From positions 128,001-192,000 of the forward strand of contig CBDBHR010000027.1 of NCBI GenBank assembly GCA_965205865.1: 64,000 nucleotides of DNA. The letters run 5' to 3'. Under the pieces are notes generated by a model, which was not told the origin of the DNA, did no database searches, and saw only the letters and a program-made list of their open reading frames with translations. The position numbers and the translations under genes are program-made. Source of the stretch: a bacterium. GTDB lineage: Bacteria > SAR324 > NAC60-12. Of this stretch, positions 41,320 through 52,940 are shown piece by piece (position 1 is the stretch's first letter; the number at the start of each line of letters is the position of its first letter).

Positions 41320-42078
41320 ATGAATTCATCCAATAAAGTTGCGATTATAACAGGAGGGGGCACGGGAATTGGTAAGCACAGCGCATTTGCCCTTTTGAGA
41401 GAAGGATACTGTGTTACTCTGGCAGGGCGCCGTAGAGATCCTCTGGAAACGGCCATGAAGGAAGCGGGATCAGCTGAATCACAAATGTTGGTGGTACCCA
41501 CGGATGTATCTGATCCGGCGTCCGTACAAGCTTTGTTTGCCAAAACGAAAGATCGCTTCGGCCGCATTGACGTGTTGTTCAATAACGCTGGGACTGGAGC
41601 ACCCTCCATCCCTATGGAAGATCTTAGTTATGAACAGTGGCAATCCGTCGTGGATATAAACCTGACCGGAACCTTTCTGTGTACACAGGAAGCATTCAAA
41701 TATATGAAAAACCAGCATCCCCAAGGAGGTCGTATTATCAATAACGGTTCTATCTCTTCACAAGTTCCGCGGCTGAATTCTGCTCCTTATACTGCCACCA
41801 AACATGGTATTGCGGGGCTGACCAAATCAACTGCCTTGGATGGTCGCAAATATGATATCGCATGCGGTCAAATCGACATTGGCAACGCCATGACGGACAT
41901 GGTAGCCAAAATGAAAGAAGGAGTTCTCCAGGCAAATGGATCCATTGCCGTGGAACCAACGATGGACCCGGAAAATGTGGCTCAGGCGGTGGTGTACATG
42001 GTCAATCTTTCCTTGGATACAAATGTACTTTTTATGACTGTGATGGCGACCAAAATGCCTTTTGTGGGACGAGGGTAA
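41320..42078 (+). CDS. Short-chain dehydrogenase/reductase
   Basis: [17 protein letters not shown]. Confidence 0.93.
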   Translation: MNSSNKVAIITGGGTGIGKHSAFALLREGYCVTLAGRRRDPLETAMKEAGSAESQMLVVPTDVSDPASVQALFAKTKDRFGRIDVLFNNAGTGAPSIPMEDLSYEQWQSVVDINLTGTFLCTQEAFKYMKNQHPQGGRIINNGSISSQVPRLNSAPYTATKHGIAGLTKSTALDGRKYDIACGQIDIGNAMTDMVAKMKEGVLQANGSIAVEPTMDPENVAQAVVYMVNLSLDTNVLFMTVMATKMPFVGRG

Positions 42079-42212
42079 ATTTTAAATCTCAAAGGGTCTG
42101 ATTTTCTAAAACTGGCTGGGTTGAAAAAAAAGACAATCCTGAACATACCCTGCTACTTGACGCGGGATAGTTCATTACAATAAATAATCTCATTGATAAG
42201 AAGGAGAGTCTT

Positions 42213-42499
42213 TTGTTGAAAAAAATAATGGACTTCTTTTTTCCAGCCCCCCAACGACTTCCAGCCCCGGATTTTTTTTAAAAGTCCGCTGTGGAAAGTG
42301 CGAGGAAGAATTCAGTCTTTTTATTGATACGATCACGGGGCTGGCGCAAGATTTTGATTCATCAGGTAAAATTTCTTATATTTTAAATAAAGAAATCATC
42401 GGCAGTCGATGTCCCAATCGAATGCAAGTACGGATGGACTTTAATTCCAAACGGAAACTAATCTCCCGCAGCATCGAAGGGGGTGATTTCCTGGACTGA
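42213..42499 (+). pseudogene. Small CxxC protein, single frameshift in a homopolymer-rich stretch
   Basis: AAGGAG RBS + TTG; MLKKIMDFF then shifted frame ..GFFLKVRCGKCEEEF...KEIIGSRCPNRMQV...SIEGGDFLD*. Confidence 0.65.
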
Positions 42500-42964
42500 C
42501 GGACCTTAAACATTCCTTTCAACGTCCCGGTTAACCAGCGGTCTGCTCCATGAAGAATTTGAGGAGCGCTTGTTGCCGCAACACTGATTGGCATGGCCGG
42601 ATTTTCATATTCTTCCAAACTGGTTGTTTTATCCCAAGCTCGTTTTTTAGAACGGTTTTCCTTGTTTTTCCAACTATTTACAAACTGGGGAATATTTTAG
42701 AAATCCCGGAATTTTTATACGGTTCGGATTGTAGTAGAAACGTTTTTTGTGGCTATAGTTCCGGCTAGCCTCATTCTCACTGTTGACAATTTCCGGAGGC
42801 GGATCACTCTTGCCGCCTAAATTGCCACTGCAATTTACGCCTATCTCAAAATGGCCTCTTTGAAATTCTTCATTGAGATTTACAGCTCATATCCGTTGGT
42901 GAAAATTGAGACAGAAGTAACGAACAGAATAAAATTCTTTTTGATCGGCGATCGAATACCCTAC

Positions 42965-43576
42965 TCAAATCACAATTTGAAAAAAACCACCAAATTCTTG
43001 ATTTTTCATGGGTTCCAGCTCAATGATCTGCAATGGTACTTGTTCCGGCCGAAATCCTACGTTTTTATTTCGCGGATGATTCTTAAAATAAATCTGGCTT
43101 GTCAGGCGAGTTTTATCATTGATCCAAACTTTATAATGAATATGAGGTGGACGGCCGTAGTAATCGCCGGGGATCACTGTTTTGAAAAAATATATACCGT
43201 CCGTTTGCACTGTTGTTCTTCCCCAATACTGAAAATTCGGATCCCGCTGGCCCAACTTGGAGTCACCAGGATGGTTGTATTTGCCCTCCGGATCGGCCTG
43301 CCAGATTTCAACAATTGCGCCTTTTTGTGGATTACCTGTTTCGTCTACTAACGTTCCCCGTAAATTCAAAACATACCCTTTTGCTTTCCCGGTCTGACCA
43401 AAGACATGTATCAAATCAAAATCTTCATCATTTTGTCGCCGAATCGGATAATAAGGACCTTCCGCGTCCCAGGGAGTTTTGGGGTATTGGTTAGCTGCTG
43501 GGGTTTCCTTAGTTTGCAATAAAAACCCCATCAACGGGAATACCAGGATGGATTGGATCAAAGTTCGTCGTTTCAT
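42965..43576 (-). CDS. Intradiol ring-cleavage dioxygenase family protein with Tat-like signal
   Basis: MKRRTLI; EGPYY, EIWQAD..GKY, RPPHIH iron-ligand motifs. Confidence 0.88.
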   Translation of the reverse strand: MKRRTLIQSILVFPLMGFLLQTKETPAANQYPKTPWDAEGPYYPIRRQNDEDFDLIHVFGQTGKAKGYVLNLRGTLVDETGNPQKGAIVEIWQADPEGKYNHPGDSKLGQRDPNFQYWGRTTVQTDGIYFFKTVIPGDYYGRPPHIHYKVWINDKTRLTSQIYFKNHPRNKNVGFRPEQVPLQIIELEPMKNQEFGGFFQIVI

Positions 43577-43805
43577 TTGAATCTCTTTTGTTTTCTGTGA
43601 ACCCATTGTTTAATTACAGAGAACTATCGTTGAATTAAATAATTCGCTCATTGCTTCCATAGACAGGCAGCCACGATTTTGTCTTTTTGGTAAGGTTGTG
43701 CTTGCTGGTCTTCCCACAAATTGTCCATATTGGCCTTGTTGAGAACTTTCCTTACAAAAAAGTTCCACGCGTTTTCTGATCATGACGAAACCGGAGACAT
43801 TCCTT

Positions 43806-44039
43806 AACCAGAGTTCGAGATAAGAATTTAATAAATTCAATATGTTATGGAATCTTCATATCTTAGAGAAACCTTGTCATTCCTGCGAGATCCCTGCGTA
43901 CGCAGGGAAGGAATCCGGAGGTATGCAGCCATACTGAAATCCGGATCCCCGCTCCCCGCTTTCGCGGGGACAAGTTTCGCGAGGATGACATATACACTAG
44001 GATACTCATATTATTGAAGATTTATGTCGAACTCAGGTT
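43806..44039. mobile_element. MITE family A, copy 3
   Basis: AACCAGAGTTCGAG / GTCGAACTCAGGTT ends; TSD CCTT (43802-43805, 44040-44043). Confidence 0.9.
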
Positions 44040-44276
44040 CCTTAAGAATCAAAGAATCATACCCAACTCTCGGAACAGTGGCAAGTTCTCTACAGTCAGG
44101 AAAGAATCCGCAAAATTTTAATTTGACTTTTTCTTCATTACCTGCTTACCTATTAATGTACGTTTAATCCAATATATAAATTCAAGGACAGCAATATTGA
44201 AAAGTTGACGGACACGGAACGAATGTATGTCCAATTATTTTGTCTCGAACTCAGTTTGATCTGAAAATAAGGAGAA

Positions 44277-44738
44277 ATGAGAAGAATTGCGCAAAAAGGG
44301 CTCTTGCTTCTGGTAATCCTGACCCTGATACATCCGAGTGGAATGCTTTCAGGAAAAGCATTCGAGGTCAAGGGGCGAATGGTCACCAAGCAAGATGAAG
44401 CTGCGATTCGGAAAGTCATTCGACAACAAATCGAGGCTTTCCAGCAGGATGATGAAGAAGCTGCCTTCGCGCTCGCTTCTCCCGGGATTCGAGCAAAATT
44501 TCGAACGGCAAAAATATTCATGAAAATGGTACGGGAAGGATACCCGCCGGTTTACCGTCCCCGGACAATGGATTTTTTGAGTTTAGAAATCATGCAAGGC
44601 AGTCCCGTGCAAATATTGCGGATCAGCGGATCAGATGGTGGGGTTTATAAAGCATTTTATCCCATGGAATTGCAACCGGATCTAACCTGGAAGACAAATG
44701 GATGTTTTCTGCTCCGTACTAAAGAGACCGACATTTGA
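44277..44738 (+). CDS. DUF4864-like secreted protein
   Basis: IRQQIEAFQQDD..AAFALASPGI..FMKMVREGYPPVYRP; AAGGAG RBS. Confidence 0.8.
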   Translation: MRRIAQKGLLLLVILTLIHPSGMLSGKAFEVKGRMVTKQDEAAIRKVIRQQIEAFQQDDEEAAFALASPGIRAKFRTAKIFMKMVREGYPPVYRPRTMDFLSLEIMQGSPVQILRISGSDGGVYKAFYPMELQPDLTWKTNGCFLLRTKETDI

Positions 44739-44816
44739 AAACGTGAGAAGAAATCAGGAAAAAGAATCTTTCATTTTTCACGGTTTCCTGCTCCATGACT
44801 ATGGAACCGCCTAAAG

Positions 44817-46310
44817 CTACTCTGGCCTCATTGTTGGAAATAGAATGACGTCTCGGATGTTGGTTTGGTTGGTCAACAGCATCACCATGCGGTCAATTCC
44901 CATACCGATCCCTCCCATGGGAGGCATTCCGTATTCCATTGCTCGAATATAGTCGTCATCAAATGGATGAGTATCCGCTTCTCCGCCTCGTCCACGTTTC
45001 GCCTGTTCTTCCAGCAATTCCCGCTGACGGATCGGGTCATTGAGTTCTGAGTAAGCATTGGCCACTTCCCATCCATTGATGAAGGCTTCGAATCGTTCCA
45101 CCAGAGTCGGGTCTTTTCGATGCATTTTACATAACGGGCTGCTTTCCACAGGGTAATTGAGAACAAAAGTGGGTTGAATGAGTAAATGCTCACAAGTTTC
45201 TTCAAAGATGCGTTCCAGAGCCCGACCACGAGTAAAACCGCCTTCCAAAATCCATTCTTTATCCCGAAATAGATTTTGCAATTGCGAGTCTTTGAGCCGA
45301 GAAAAAGGAATACCGCCAATTTTTTCCACAGCTTCCACCATTGTTACACGTGTCCAGGGTGCCTTGACATCGATAATGGTGCCTTGAAATTCAATTCGAG
45401 TGGTACCAAAAAGTGCCAGTGCGCATTTTTCCCAGATTCGTTCATTGTGTTGCATCATATTCGTGTAGTCCGCATACGCCTGATAAAATTCCAAGGCGAG
45501 AAATTCCGGGTTATGCGTCCGGTCAATTCCTTCGTTGCGAAAATTTTTGCCAAATTCAAAGACACGATCAAAGCCGCCGGCAACCAATCGTTTGAGATAA
45601 AGTTCGTCAGAAATCCTCAGAAAAAAATCGATACCCAAAGATTTATGGTAGGTTTGAAAAGGCGTGGCATTTGCTCCTCCGTAAATCTCTTGCAGGATGG
45701 GTGTTTCCACTTCCAGAAAATGCGAATCAATCAAATACTGCCGAATCGTTTGAAGGATCAGAGTCCGACTCTGAAAAACAGTGGCCACCTCTTCATTGAG
45801 TACCAAATCTACATATCGTTGGCGATAACGAAACTCTTTGTTCGAAACTTCATCAAAGCGACGTTTTTCACCCTCGATTTCCTTCTCTTTGATAACAGGA
45901 AGTGGGCGTAGAGATTTTGCCAGTAATTGGAAAGTCTGAACTCTCAAAGTCAACTCACCGGTTTGGGTATGCATAAGGAAACCCGTCAATCCAATATAAT
46001 CCCCAATGTCACATAAACGGACTACTTGATATACCCCATCGCCCACTTCGTCTTTTCTTACATATATTTGCAGGCGTTCGTGTTGTCCTTGAATATGCGC
46101 GAAAAGGGTTTTTCCTTTTCCCCGAATGGCCATCAATCTTCCTGCAATGCGAATTTGCCGCTGTTTTTCCAGTAGCAAGGTTGCCTGTTCTTTCACTTGA
46201 GGAATCGTATGGGACCATTCGAAAGAATAAGGATACGGATCCACTCCCAAATTTTTGATTTTATTCAATTTTTCATGTCTGATTTGTACTTGGGTATGGA
46301 TTTCAGTCAT
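44817..46310 (-). CDS. lysS: Lysine--tRNA ligase (class II)
   Basis: [25 protein letters not shown]. Confidence 0.97.
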   Translation of the reverse strand: MTEIHTQVQIRHEKLNKIKNLGVDPYPYSFEWSHTIPQVKEQATLLLEKQRQIRIAGRLMAIRGKGKTLFAHIQGQHERLQIYVRKDEVGDGVYQVVRLCDIGDYIGLTGFLMHTQTGELTLRVQTFQLLAKSLRPLPVIKEKEIEGEKRRFDEVSNKEFRYRQRYVDLVLNEEVATVFQSRTLILQTIRQYLIDSHFLEVETPILQEIYGGANATPFQTYHKSLGIDFFLRISDELYLKRLVAGGFDRVFEFGKNFRNEGIDRTHNPEFLALEFYQAYADYTNMMQHNERIWEKCALALFGTTRIEFQGTIIDVKAPWTRVTMVEAVEKIGGIPFSRLKDSQLQNLFRDKEWILEGGFTRGRALERIFEETCEHLLIQPTFVLNYPVESSPLCKMHRKDPTLVERFEAFINGWEVANAYSELNDPIRQRELLEEQAKRGRGGEADTHPFDDDYIRAMEYGMPPMGGIGMGIDRMVMLLTNQTNIRDVILFPTMRPE

Positions 46311-47016
46311 AAATCGCTTTCTCGAAAAACAGGTTAAATACCAATGCGCAATTGAAATGTACTTGCTATGATTGGGTCTGATAGTATTTACATGGACCGC
46401 TCCATAGAGACAATCCAAAATTGTTAATTGGGGGAAAATTTGGCACGAAATCTACAGATGGGTGTTTGGAATGAAATCATAATCTCGTTTTCGTGCGTTT
46501 TCAGGCTCACCGTTTCAAAAAGAATCGTACAGAATCTTAAACGCAATCAACCTTCGGGGGCGCAATTGAACTAAAGAGACAAATGAAGTGCGCTACTTCG
46601 AATTGTATCATTCTCATTCCCCGGTAAAACAGACAGAAACTAGTGATTTCCCGGAGTGGGGGGTTGCAGTTTCCCGCTCACTCCACAGGCCACGGACAAC
46701 CAGGACCATCTATGGCATTTTAGCATACGCTCCTATTATCAGCGTCAAAATGAAAAAGATCAGGTATTTCGTGATTTCAAGCTGATTTTACCTTATACTA
46801 CAGCCAACGAAATCAAAGGTATTTTGCATCACCCTCTCAAAGTCAAATAGTGTCAAAAAATCTCTGTATGCAACTATGGGATCAGTTTCTCAGTCTGGTC
46901 GTTTGGAAGGAACCGGTATATATTGGACAACAAGCTTTAATTCAGCTACCTCGTCTTTCTCCGAGCTTGTACGAATTGCGCTTGTCTCGTGATTGCAAAG
47001 AGGTATCTGATTTTTT

Positions 47017-47184
47017 GGGACCCTTCAAAAATAGAAAAAAGTAATTTTCAGTTTGCCGCCTTTGTTGTCATTCCTGCGCAGGCAGGAATCCAGTGGTAGT
47101 CACGAAGATGGATTCCCGCCTTCGCGAGGATGACAGAGGAACTGTAAACTGGAAAATGAAAGGTGCCGATTTTTTAATAAAATT
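47017..47184 (+). mobile_element. Dispersed repeat / MITE-like family B, copy 2 (REP doublet 47067-47134)
   Basis: Matches reverse complement of 20466-20634. Confidence 0.8.
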
Positions 47185-47375
47185 GACGGTTGTTGATGAA
47201 TGGCTGGAGCTTCGCAGCAACAATCCCAAGACAGTTCGGTTGCAGCGATTGAAAAATTCAACTGGAGGACAACTGATTGAAATTACTAATTGAAACAAGT
47301 GGCAGGTATGCGAAAAAGGTCTTGTCTCCCTTACAATCAAATCTATTCAATAACTGATCCGCGTTTGGAGGTTCA

Positions 47376-48470
47376 ATGACCGAAGGGATGCTTATCTTGA
47401 GCAACGGCCAATTCTTCAAAGGTCGTATGCGTGGGGCGGTCGGTCCAGCAGAGGGGGAAGTGATATTTCATACCGGTATGACCGGATATCAGGAAATTCT
47501 GACCGATCCTTCTTATGCCGGACAAATCGTGACAATGACATATCCCCATATTGGCAATTACGGAGTCAATCCAGTGGATATGGAATCAAGGAAAATTTTT
47601 GCCAGAGGATTGATTGTCAAAGAATTGAGTGAAGTGACCAGCAATTGGCGGGCAGATCAAAGTTTGGAAGAATGGCTCACATCCTTCAACATTCCTGTCC
47701 TCGAACGAATCGATACACGAGCTCTGGTGAAAACTATCCGGGAAAAAGGTGCCTGCCCGGGGATAATTACTTCAGTGAAAGGGCAATCCGACAATCTGGC
47801 GCACTTCCGGCAAGTTGCAATGATGCTGCCGGTTATGGAGGGCCAGAACCTTGTAAAAACCGTTTCCACCCTGGAACAATATACTTGGAAAAGCAAGGAG
47901 GGACCGCCCCTTTATCGGGTAGTTGCCTACGATGCGGGGATCAAGTTCAACATTTTGCGCTCAATGGCTCGCTTGGGCATCGAAGTGACCGTTGTACCTT
48001 ATGCCACACCTATGGAAAAGGCCCTGGAGTTTGAACCCGATGGCATCTTTCTTTCCAACGGCCCTGGCGACCCGGCTGCCGTTCACGAAAGCATTGCTAC
48101 CGTGAAACAACTATTGGGACGGGTTCCTATTTTTGGGATCTGTCTGGGACATCAAATCCTTTCCCTCGCCTTGGGTTGTCGAACCTATAAACTGAAATTC
48201 GGACACCATGGCGCCAATCATCCCGTCATCGACTATGCGACGGAAAAAGTAGAGATCACTAGCCAAAATCATGGCTTTGCCGTGGAGGAATCCTCCCTGC
48301 CTGCCAATGTCCGAGTGACCCATCGCAATCTGAATGACCAAACCGTGGAAGGGATTGAATCCCTCGAACATCCGGCTTATGCAGTTCAATATCACCCGGA
48401 AGCTGCACCAGGACCGCATGATGCCGCCTATTTGTTTAACCGTTTTGTTGAGATGATGAACGCCTGCTGA
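47376..48470 (+). CDS. carA: Carbamoyl-phosphate synthase small subunit
   Basis: [31 protein letters not shown]. Confidence 0.97.
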   Translation: MTEGMLILSNGQFFKGRMRGAVGPAEGEVIFHTGMTGYQEILTDPSYAGQIVTMTYPHIGNYGVNPVDMESRKIFARGLIVKELSEVTSNWRADQSLEEWLTSFNIPVLERIDTRALVKTIREKGACPGIITSVKGQSDNLAHFRQVAMMLPVMEGQNLVKTVSTLEQYTWKSKEGPPLYRVVAYDAGIKFNILRSMARLGIEVTVVPYATPMEKALEFEPDGIFLSNGPGDPAAVHESIATVKQLLGRVPIFGICLGHQILSLALGCRTYKLKFGHHGANHPVIDYATEKVEITSQNHGFAVEESSLPANVRVTHRNLNDQTVEGIESLEHPAYAVQYHPEAAPGPHDAAYLFNRFVEMMNAC

Positions 48471-48507
48471 CGCCGATTCGATTAATCGCAAACAGAAGGA
48501 AAAACGA

Positions 48508-49275
48508 ATGTGGTTGAAAAAGAAAGACAAGATCATTTTTGAGACCAAATCCATGGGAATGCAAATCCAGGTTATCGACAGAATGGAACGTCGCGAATTA
48601 AAATTCGGGAATCACGTCGTTCAAAGCGCTTTCTCCAAGACGAATCCGGATTTTTTATTGCTCTCATACACCCAATACATGACACTGGGGTTAGTCTTAT
48701 GCGCATCACCCGAAATGTTCCTCCATATTGGTCTGGGAGCAGGAAATATTCCACGTTTCATTCACAAACACTACCCTTGGGTTTATCAGGAAGTCATTGA
48801 ACTCAACCCCGAAGTGATTTCAGTTGCATATCGCTATTTCAACTTACCACAGAATGAGCGTATCCGCGTACTCCTAGGTGACGGTTTTGGCATAATGGCA
48901 TCTTGCAAAAAGAAATATGATTTAATTTTTTTGGATGCCTTCCAAGCTGACGGGACACCTTCCCATTTGAATACGATAGAATTTTTCAGGCGCCTATCTC
49001 GCAATCTCAAACCAGGCGGCTGGGTGGTGGGTAACCTTTGGACTTCACAAGAAAAGTTCTCTGATAAAATCAAAAAATGGCAGGAAGTATTTGAAGTCGT
49101 GTGGGAGGCTCCTGTTCCCATTATGGGAAATGTGATTTTATTTGGCGCAAACCAGAAACATCCCTTTGATCAAGCCATGTTGCAAAAGAAAGCACAGGTA
49201 ATTCAACAGCAAATTCCACTGAAATTCTTCGATTTTTTAAAAAATTTGGTGCCCGTTCAACCTTCTGAGGCTTAA
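48508..49275 (+). CDS. Spermidine synthase-like SAM-dependent methyltransferase
   Basis: IGLGAG, IELNPEV, YDLIFLDAF. Confidence 0.85.
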   Translation: MWLKKKDKIIFETKSMGMQIQVIDRMERRELKFGNHVVQSAFSKTNPDFLLLSYTQYMTLGLVLCASPEMFLHIGLGAGNIPRFIHKHYPWVYQEVIELNPEVISVAYRYFNLPQNERIRVLLGDGFGIMASCKKKYDLIFLDAFQADGTPSHLNTIEFFRRLSRNLKPGGWVVGNLWTSQEKFSDKIKKWQEVFEVVWEAPVPIMGNVILFGANQKHPFDQAMLQKKAQVIQQQIPLKFFDFLKNLVPVQPSEA

Positions 49276-49292
49276 AATGAATTAATGAACTT

Positions 49293-50810
49293 TCATTCGG
49301 TAAGTGTCGAATCCGCTTCGATCACAGGTGGCATGATTTTAATCGAATTGCTGTAAATTGGGCTCACGCAGTCGGGAAGATTAAAAGAAAAACGGACTCC
49401 TGCTTTTTGAGGCAGATTTTCCGCAGTAATCCGTCCTCCATGGGCTTCAATAATTTTTTTGCAGATGGTAAGCCCCAACCCCGTTCCCTCCGCTTTACCC
49501 TCCGTATGAAAAGGACGAAAAAGATTACTGAGAATGGAGTCGGGTATGGGAAACCCGTTGTCTGTCACCGCGATGGTAATACCTGACTGTTCATCCGGGA
49601 TAAATTCTACTAAAATCCTGCCCTTTTCTTCCTCGAGCTTCTCCCAGGCATTTTTGACCAAATTGACAATGACGCGGATGATTTTATTGTCGTCGATCTT
49701 TAAGTTCAATTCCGCATCTCCAGGGTATTTATACTGGATGGGAAGATCTGTGATAAATCCCAAATTCACCTCTAGTTGAGCCACACAATCACGGAGGCGG
49801 TGCTGGCCAATCCGCAACTCCGTTTTTCCTTTAGCAAATTCCAAGATATCGCTGGTCAGCCCACTGACAGTCGTCGAAGCAATTTTTATTCGGCGTATAA
49901 ACATCAAGCAACGAGTCAGGTCCATGGCATTGACGGATTTTTTCTCCAAAGTTTTCAAGAGTAGTCCGACAAAAGAAGTAACCGCCCCGTTGGCATTGCC
50001 TATGTCGTGTCCGAATTCGGCCAGTGCATGACCCAGTTCCACCAATCGTCTTTCCTGCTCCTTGGCCCTTTCCAATGCTTCTATGGTTTTTTCTTTTTCA
50101 GTTTCAGATTGTTTGAGGGCCTCCACTTTGTCAGCCAACTGCTCCTGAATTGAAAAAAAACGGCTCCAAAGATCTTCCAGAATTTCTATCCTCCGTTCCA
50201 GGGGGCTCTGTTTCAAACGAATACGGGGCAAATTGATGTCGGTAGTCTCCTGTTCACGCCGATATTTGGTGAATTGCTGACACAATCGGTCGATGGGGTT
50301 GACCAGCACCCGAGCTTTGTTCCAGATCACCAAACCCAGGATCAGAAATGTTGCTGCCAAACTGAAAAGCGTTTGAAACAATAGAAGACCGAAGGGATGC
50401 TCCAGAAGAATCAGCGGACGGGTGGCAACAATAATTCCTTTGACCTGGTGTTTACCCACTGGAATGGCTAGTGAAAATTGGAAATTTTCAAGCTGATCGA
50501 AGAATATATTATTGGGTTCAGGTTCCATGTTACCGGTTTTGTACTGCTTGATACTCCAATCACGGTAAAGTAACTGAAACTCTCCAAATTGCCCGCCATC
50601 AAGTAATTCCTGGATAATCCGGCTTTTTTCCGGTTCATTCTTTTCCAGCAAATCACTGATCGTCCGGGACAACTCATTGAGCTGATTTAATGTCTCAACA
50701 GGTATGACACGCTTTGTTGAAGGGCGCTCGAATAGCAAAAAAGAGAGACCAAATACGCCCAAAAAACACAAGCCCGCCATCAATATAAAAGATGATTTTT
50801 TCAACACCAT
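49293..50810 (-). CDS. Sensor histidine kinase
   Basis: Two TM segments, GHDIGN H-box, NLVKNA, DNG, GTGLGL. Confidence 0.92.
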   Translation of the reverse strand: MVLKKSSFILMAGLCFLGVFGLSFLLFERPSTKRVIPVETLNQLNELSRTISDLLEKNEPEKSRIIQELLDGGQFGEFQLLYRDWSIKQYKTGNMEPEPNNIFFDQLENFQFSLAIPVGKHQVKGIIVATRPLILLEHPFGLLLFQTLFSLAATFLILGLVIWNKARVLVNPIDRLCQQFTKYRREQETTDINLPRIRLKQSPLERRIEILEDLWSRFFSIQEQLADKVEALKQSETEKEKTIEALERAKEQERRLVELGHALAEFGHDIGNANGAVTSFVGLLLKTLEKKSVNAMDLTRCLMFIRRIKIASTTVSGLTSDILEFAKGKTELRIGQHRLRDCVAQLEVNLGFITDLPIQYKYPGDAELNLKIDDNKIIRVIVNLVKNAWEKLEEEKGRILVEFIPDEQSGITIAVTDNGFPIPDSILSNLFRPFHTEGKAEGTGLGLTICKKIIEAHGGRITAENLPQKAGVRFSFNLPDCVSPIYSNSIKIMPPVIEADSTLTE

Positions 50811-50894
50811 TTTCGACCTCCATGACGAAAATTTCGTTGTCTCCCCATGCTTCTATCTTGAATGTTGAAATTATTCAAGTTTTCCTGAAAAAAA

Positions 50895-50913
50895 ATATGA
50901 ATATTGTTCATAT
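50895..50913. promoter_or_regulatory. Palindromic operator candidate between kinase and ahcY
   Basis: ATATGAA-TATTG-TTCATAT. Confidence 0.4.
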
Positions 50914-51030
50914 CGGCATATGCGCATTTAGTGATTTATTCTTGAATTTTCTTTGATTTTCTGATTTATTGTTGGAAACAAAACATATTTTTATAAACTA
51001 TGAAAAATTAAAAGAAAGAAAAAGGAAATC

Positions 51031-52329
51031 ATGGGAGATTACAAAGTTGCAGATATCTCTTTAGCGGATTGGGGACGGAAGGAAATCACAATAGCAGAAA
51101 ATGAGATGCCGGGGTTGATGGAATTGCGCAGGGAATATGGAGAATCACAACCCCTGGCAGGAGCGTACATCACGGGATCATTGCATATGACGATTCAAAC
51201 TGCCGTTTTGATTGAGACACTGCTAGCGTTGGGTGCAAAGGTACGCTGGTCATCCTGTAATATATTTTCGACACAAGACCATGCTGCCGCTGCTATGGCG
51301 GCGCGGGGCGTTCCTGTTTTTGCTTGGAAAGGAGAAACGGAGGAGGAGTATTGGTGGTGCATCGACCGGACATTGCAATGGTCGGATGGCAAAGGACCCA
51401 ACATGCTCTTGGATGATGGTGGAGATTTGACCGGAGTGGTCCATCATAAATTTCCCGAACTGATCCCGGTTATCCGTGGTCTGTCTGAAGAAACCACCAC
51501 TGGTGTTCATCGCCTCTACCAAATGGCGCAGCGGAATGAATTGAAAATGCCGGCGTTCAACGTCAATGATTCGGTAACAAAAAGCAAATTCGACAATTTA
51601 TATGGCTGCCGAGAATCCCTGGTCGATGGGATCCGGCGGGCAACAGACGTGATGATTTCCGGAAAAGTTGCAGTCGTTGCTGGTTACGGAGACGTGGGCA
51701 AAGGTTGTGCCCAATCCTTGAGAGGATCGGGAGCAAGAGTATTGGTGACTGAAATCGATCCGATCTGCGCTTTACAAGCTGCTATGGAAGGATTTGAAGT
51801 AGTACGCATGGCCGAAGCCGCGGCTAGAGGAGATATATTTGTCACGGCAACCGGTTGTGCCCAGGTGATCCGTAAAGAACATTTAAATGCGATGAAACAT
51901 CAAGCCATTGTCTGCAATATTGGACATTTCGACGTTGAAATTGCTGTCGATTCTTTAAAGGAAGATTCAAATCTGATTCAAAAGGAAAATATCAAACCCC
52001 AGGTGGATCAATATATCTGGCCTGACGGCAAACGAATCACGCTATTGGCGGAAGGACGACTCGTCAATCTGGGATGCGCGACCGGACATCCCAGCTTTGT
52101 CATGTCTGCTAGTTTTACCAATCAGGTGATGGCCCAAATTGAGCTTTGGAAAAACCATGAAAACTATGACAATCAAGTTTATGTGCTTCCTAAAATCCTG
52201 GACGAAAAGGTAGCCCGCCTGCATTTGGCGAAGCTTGGAGCAAAGCTGGAAACCTTGACGGGTGAACAAGCATCATACTTGAAAGTTCCCAAGGAAGGGC
52301 CATACAAACCAGATTATTACAGATATTGA
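51031..52329 (+). CDS. ahcY: Adenosylhomocysteinase
   Basis: [37 protein letters not shown]. Confidence 0.98.
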   Translation: MGDYKVADISLADWGRKEITIAENEMPGLMELRREYGESQPLAGAYITGSLHMTIQTAVLIETLLALGAKVRWSSCNIFSTQDHAAAAMAARGVPVFAWKGETEEEYWWCIDRTLQWSDGKGPNMLLDDGGDLTGVVHHKFPELIPVIRGLSEETTTGVHRLYQMAQRNELKMPAFNVNDSVTKSKFDNLYGCRESLVDGIRRATDVMISGKVAVVAGYGDVGKGCAQSLRGSGARVLVTEIDPICALQAAMEGFEVVRMAEAAARGDIFVTATGCAQVIRKEHLNAMKHQAIVCNIGHFDVEIAVDSLKEDSNLIQKENIKPQVDQYIWPDGKRITLLAEGRLVNLGCATGHPSFVMSASFTNQVMAQIELWKNHENYDNQVYVLPKILDEKVARLHLAKLGAKLETLTGEQASYLKVPKEGPYKPDYYRY

Positions 52330-52358
52330 CAGGACGATTGAAAAGTTGGTATAAGAAA

Positions 52359-52940
52359 ATGCTTTCAAAGGAATCGATGAAACTTACCATTCGGCAGACC
52401 ATGTTGCGGCGCCGCGTTCGATTTCCTGCCCGTGAATGGAAACAATGCTCTCAACAGATTCAAACTCATCTCTGGCAATGGCCGGTTTTTAAAAACGCCC
52501 GGATTGTTCACATTTATGTTAATATACCCCAAGAAGTAGAAACAAGGTCCATTATCCGCCATTGTTGGCAATCCGGAAAAACCGTCATCGTACCTTATCT
52601 TGTCCCCCAGTCTCCCGTCCTCGGGCATTCGGTTTTGTCCAGTTTTGACCAGCTCACCTCCGGAACATTTGACTTGCGGGAACCTCTCCCGGAGTCTCGA
52701 GTATCAGTTGATTTGGGAATTATCGATCTGGTCATCGTACCAGGGGTGGCCTTTGATAGAAAGGGAGGCAGGTTGGGTCATGGAGGAGGATATTACGACC
52801 TTTTTTTAAGTAGAATCGACGCAATCATGTTGGGGATCTGTTTCTCCTTCCAGATCGTAAGCGAACTCCCTCAAGCCTGTCATGATATTCCGATGCACGC
52901 GATATTGACCGAGGAAGGATTTGCTGTTCATCGAGCCTAG
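52359..52940 (+). CDS. 5-formyltetrahydrofolate cyclo-ligase
   Basis: VPGVAFDRKGGRLGHGGGYYD, HDIPM; start uncertain. Confidence 0.92.
   Translation: MLSKESMKLTIRQTMLRRRVRFPAREWKQCSQQIQTHLWQWPVFKNARIVHIYVNIPQEVETRSIIRHCWQSGKTVIVPYLVPQSPVLGHSVLSSFDQLTSGTFDLREPLPESRVSVDLGIIDLVIVPGVAFDRKGGRLGHGGGYYDLFLSRIDAIMLGICFSFQIVSELPQACHDIPMHAILTEEGFAVHRA

Noticed and set aside
46580-47016. Short ORFs between lysS and carA
   Set aside because: Possibly a decayed gene, but no family is recognisable.
47068-47340. ORFs over family A/B repeats (also 14101-14295, 20394-20705, 43610-43840)
   Set aside because: Spurious translations of the repeat sequence.
50820-51030. SAH/SAM riboswitch before ahcY
   Set aside because: Very AT-rich, no recognisable conserved core or stems.
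52326-52380. 6S RNA before the 5-formyl-THF cyclo-ligase gene
   Set aside because: No room; the gene directly follows ahcY.
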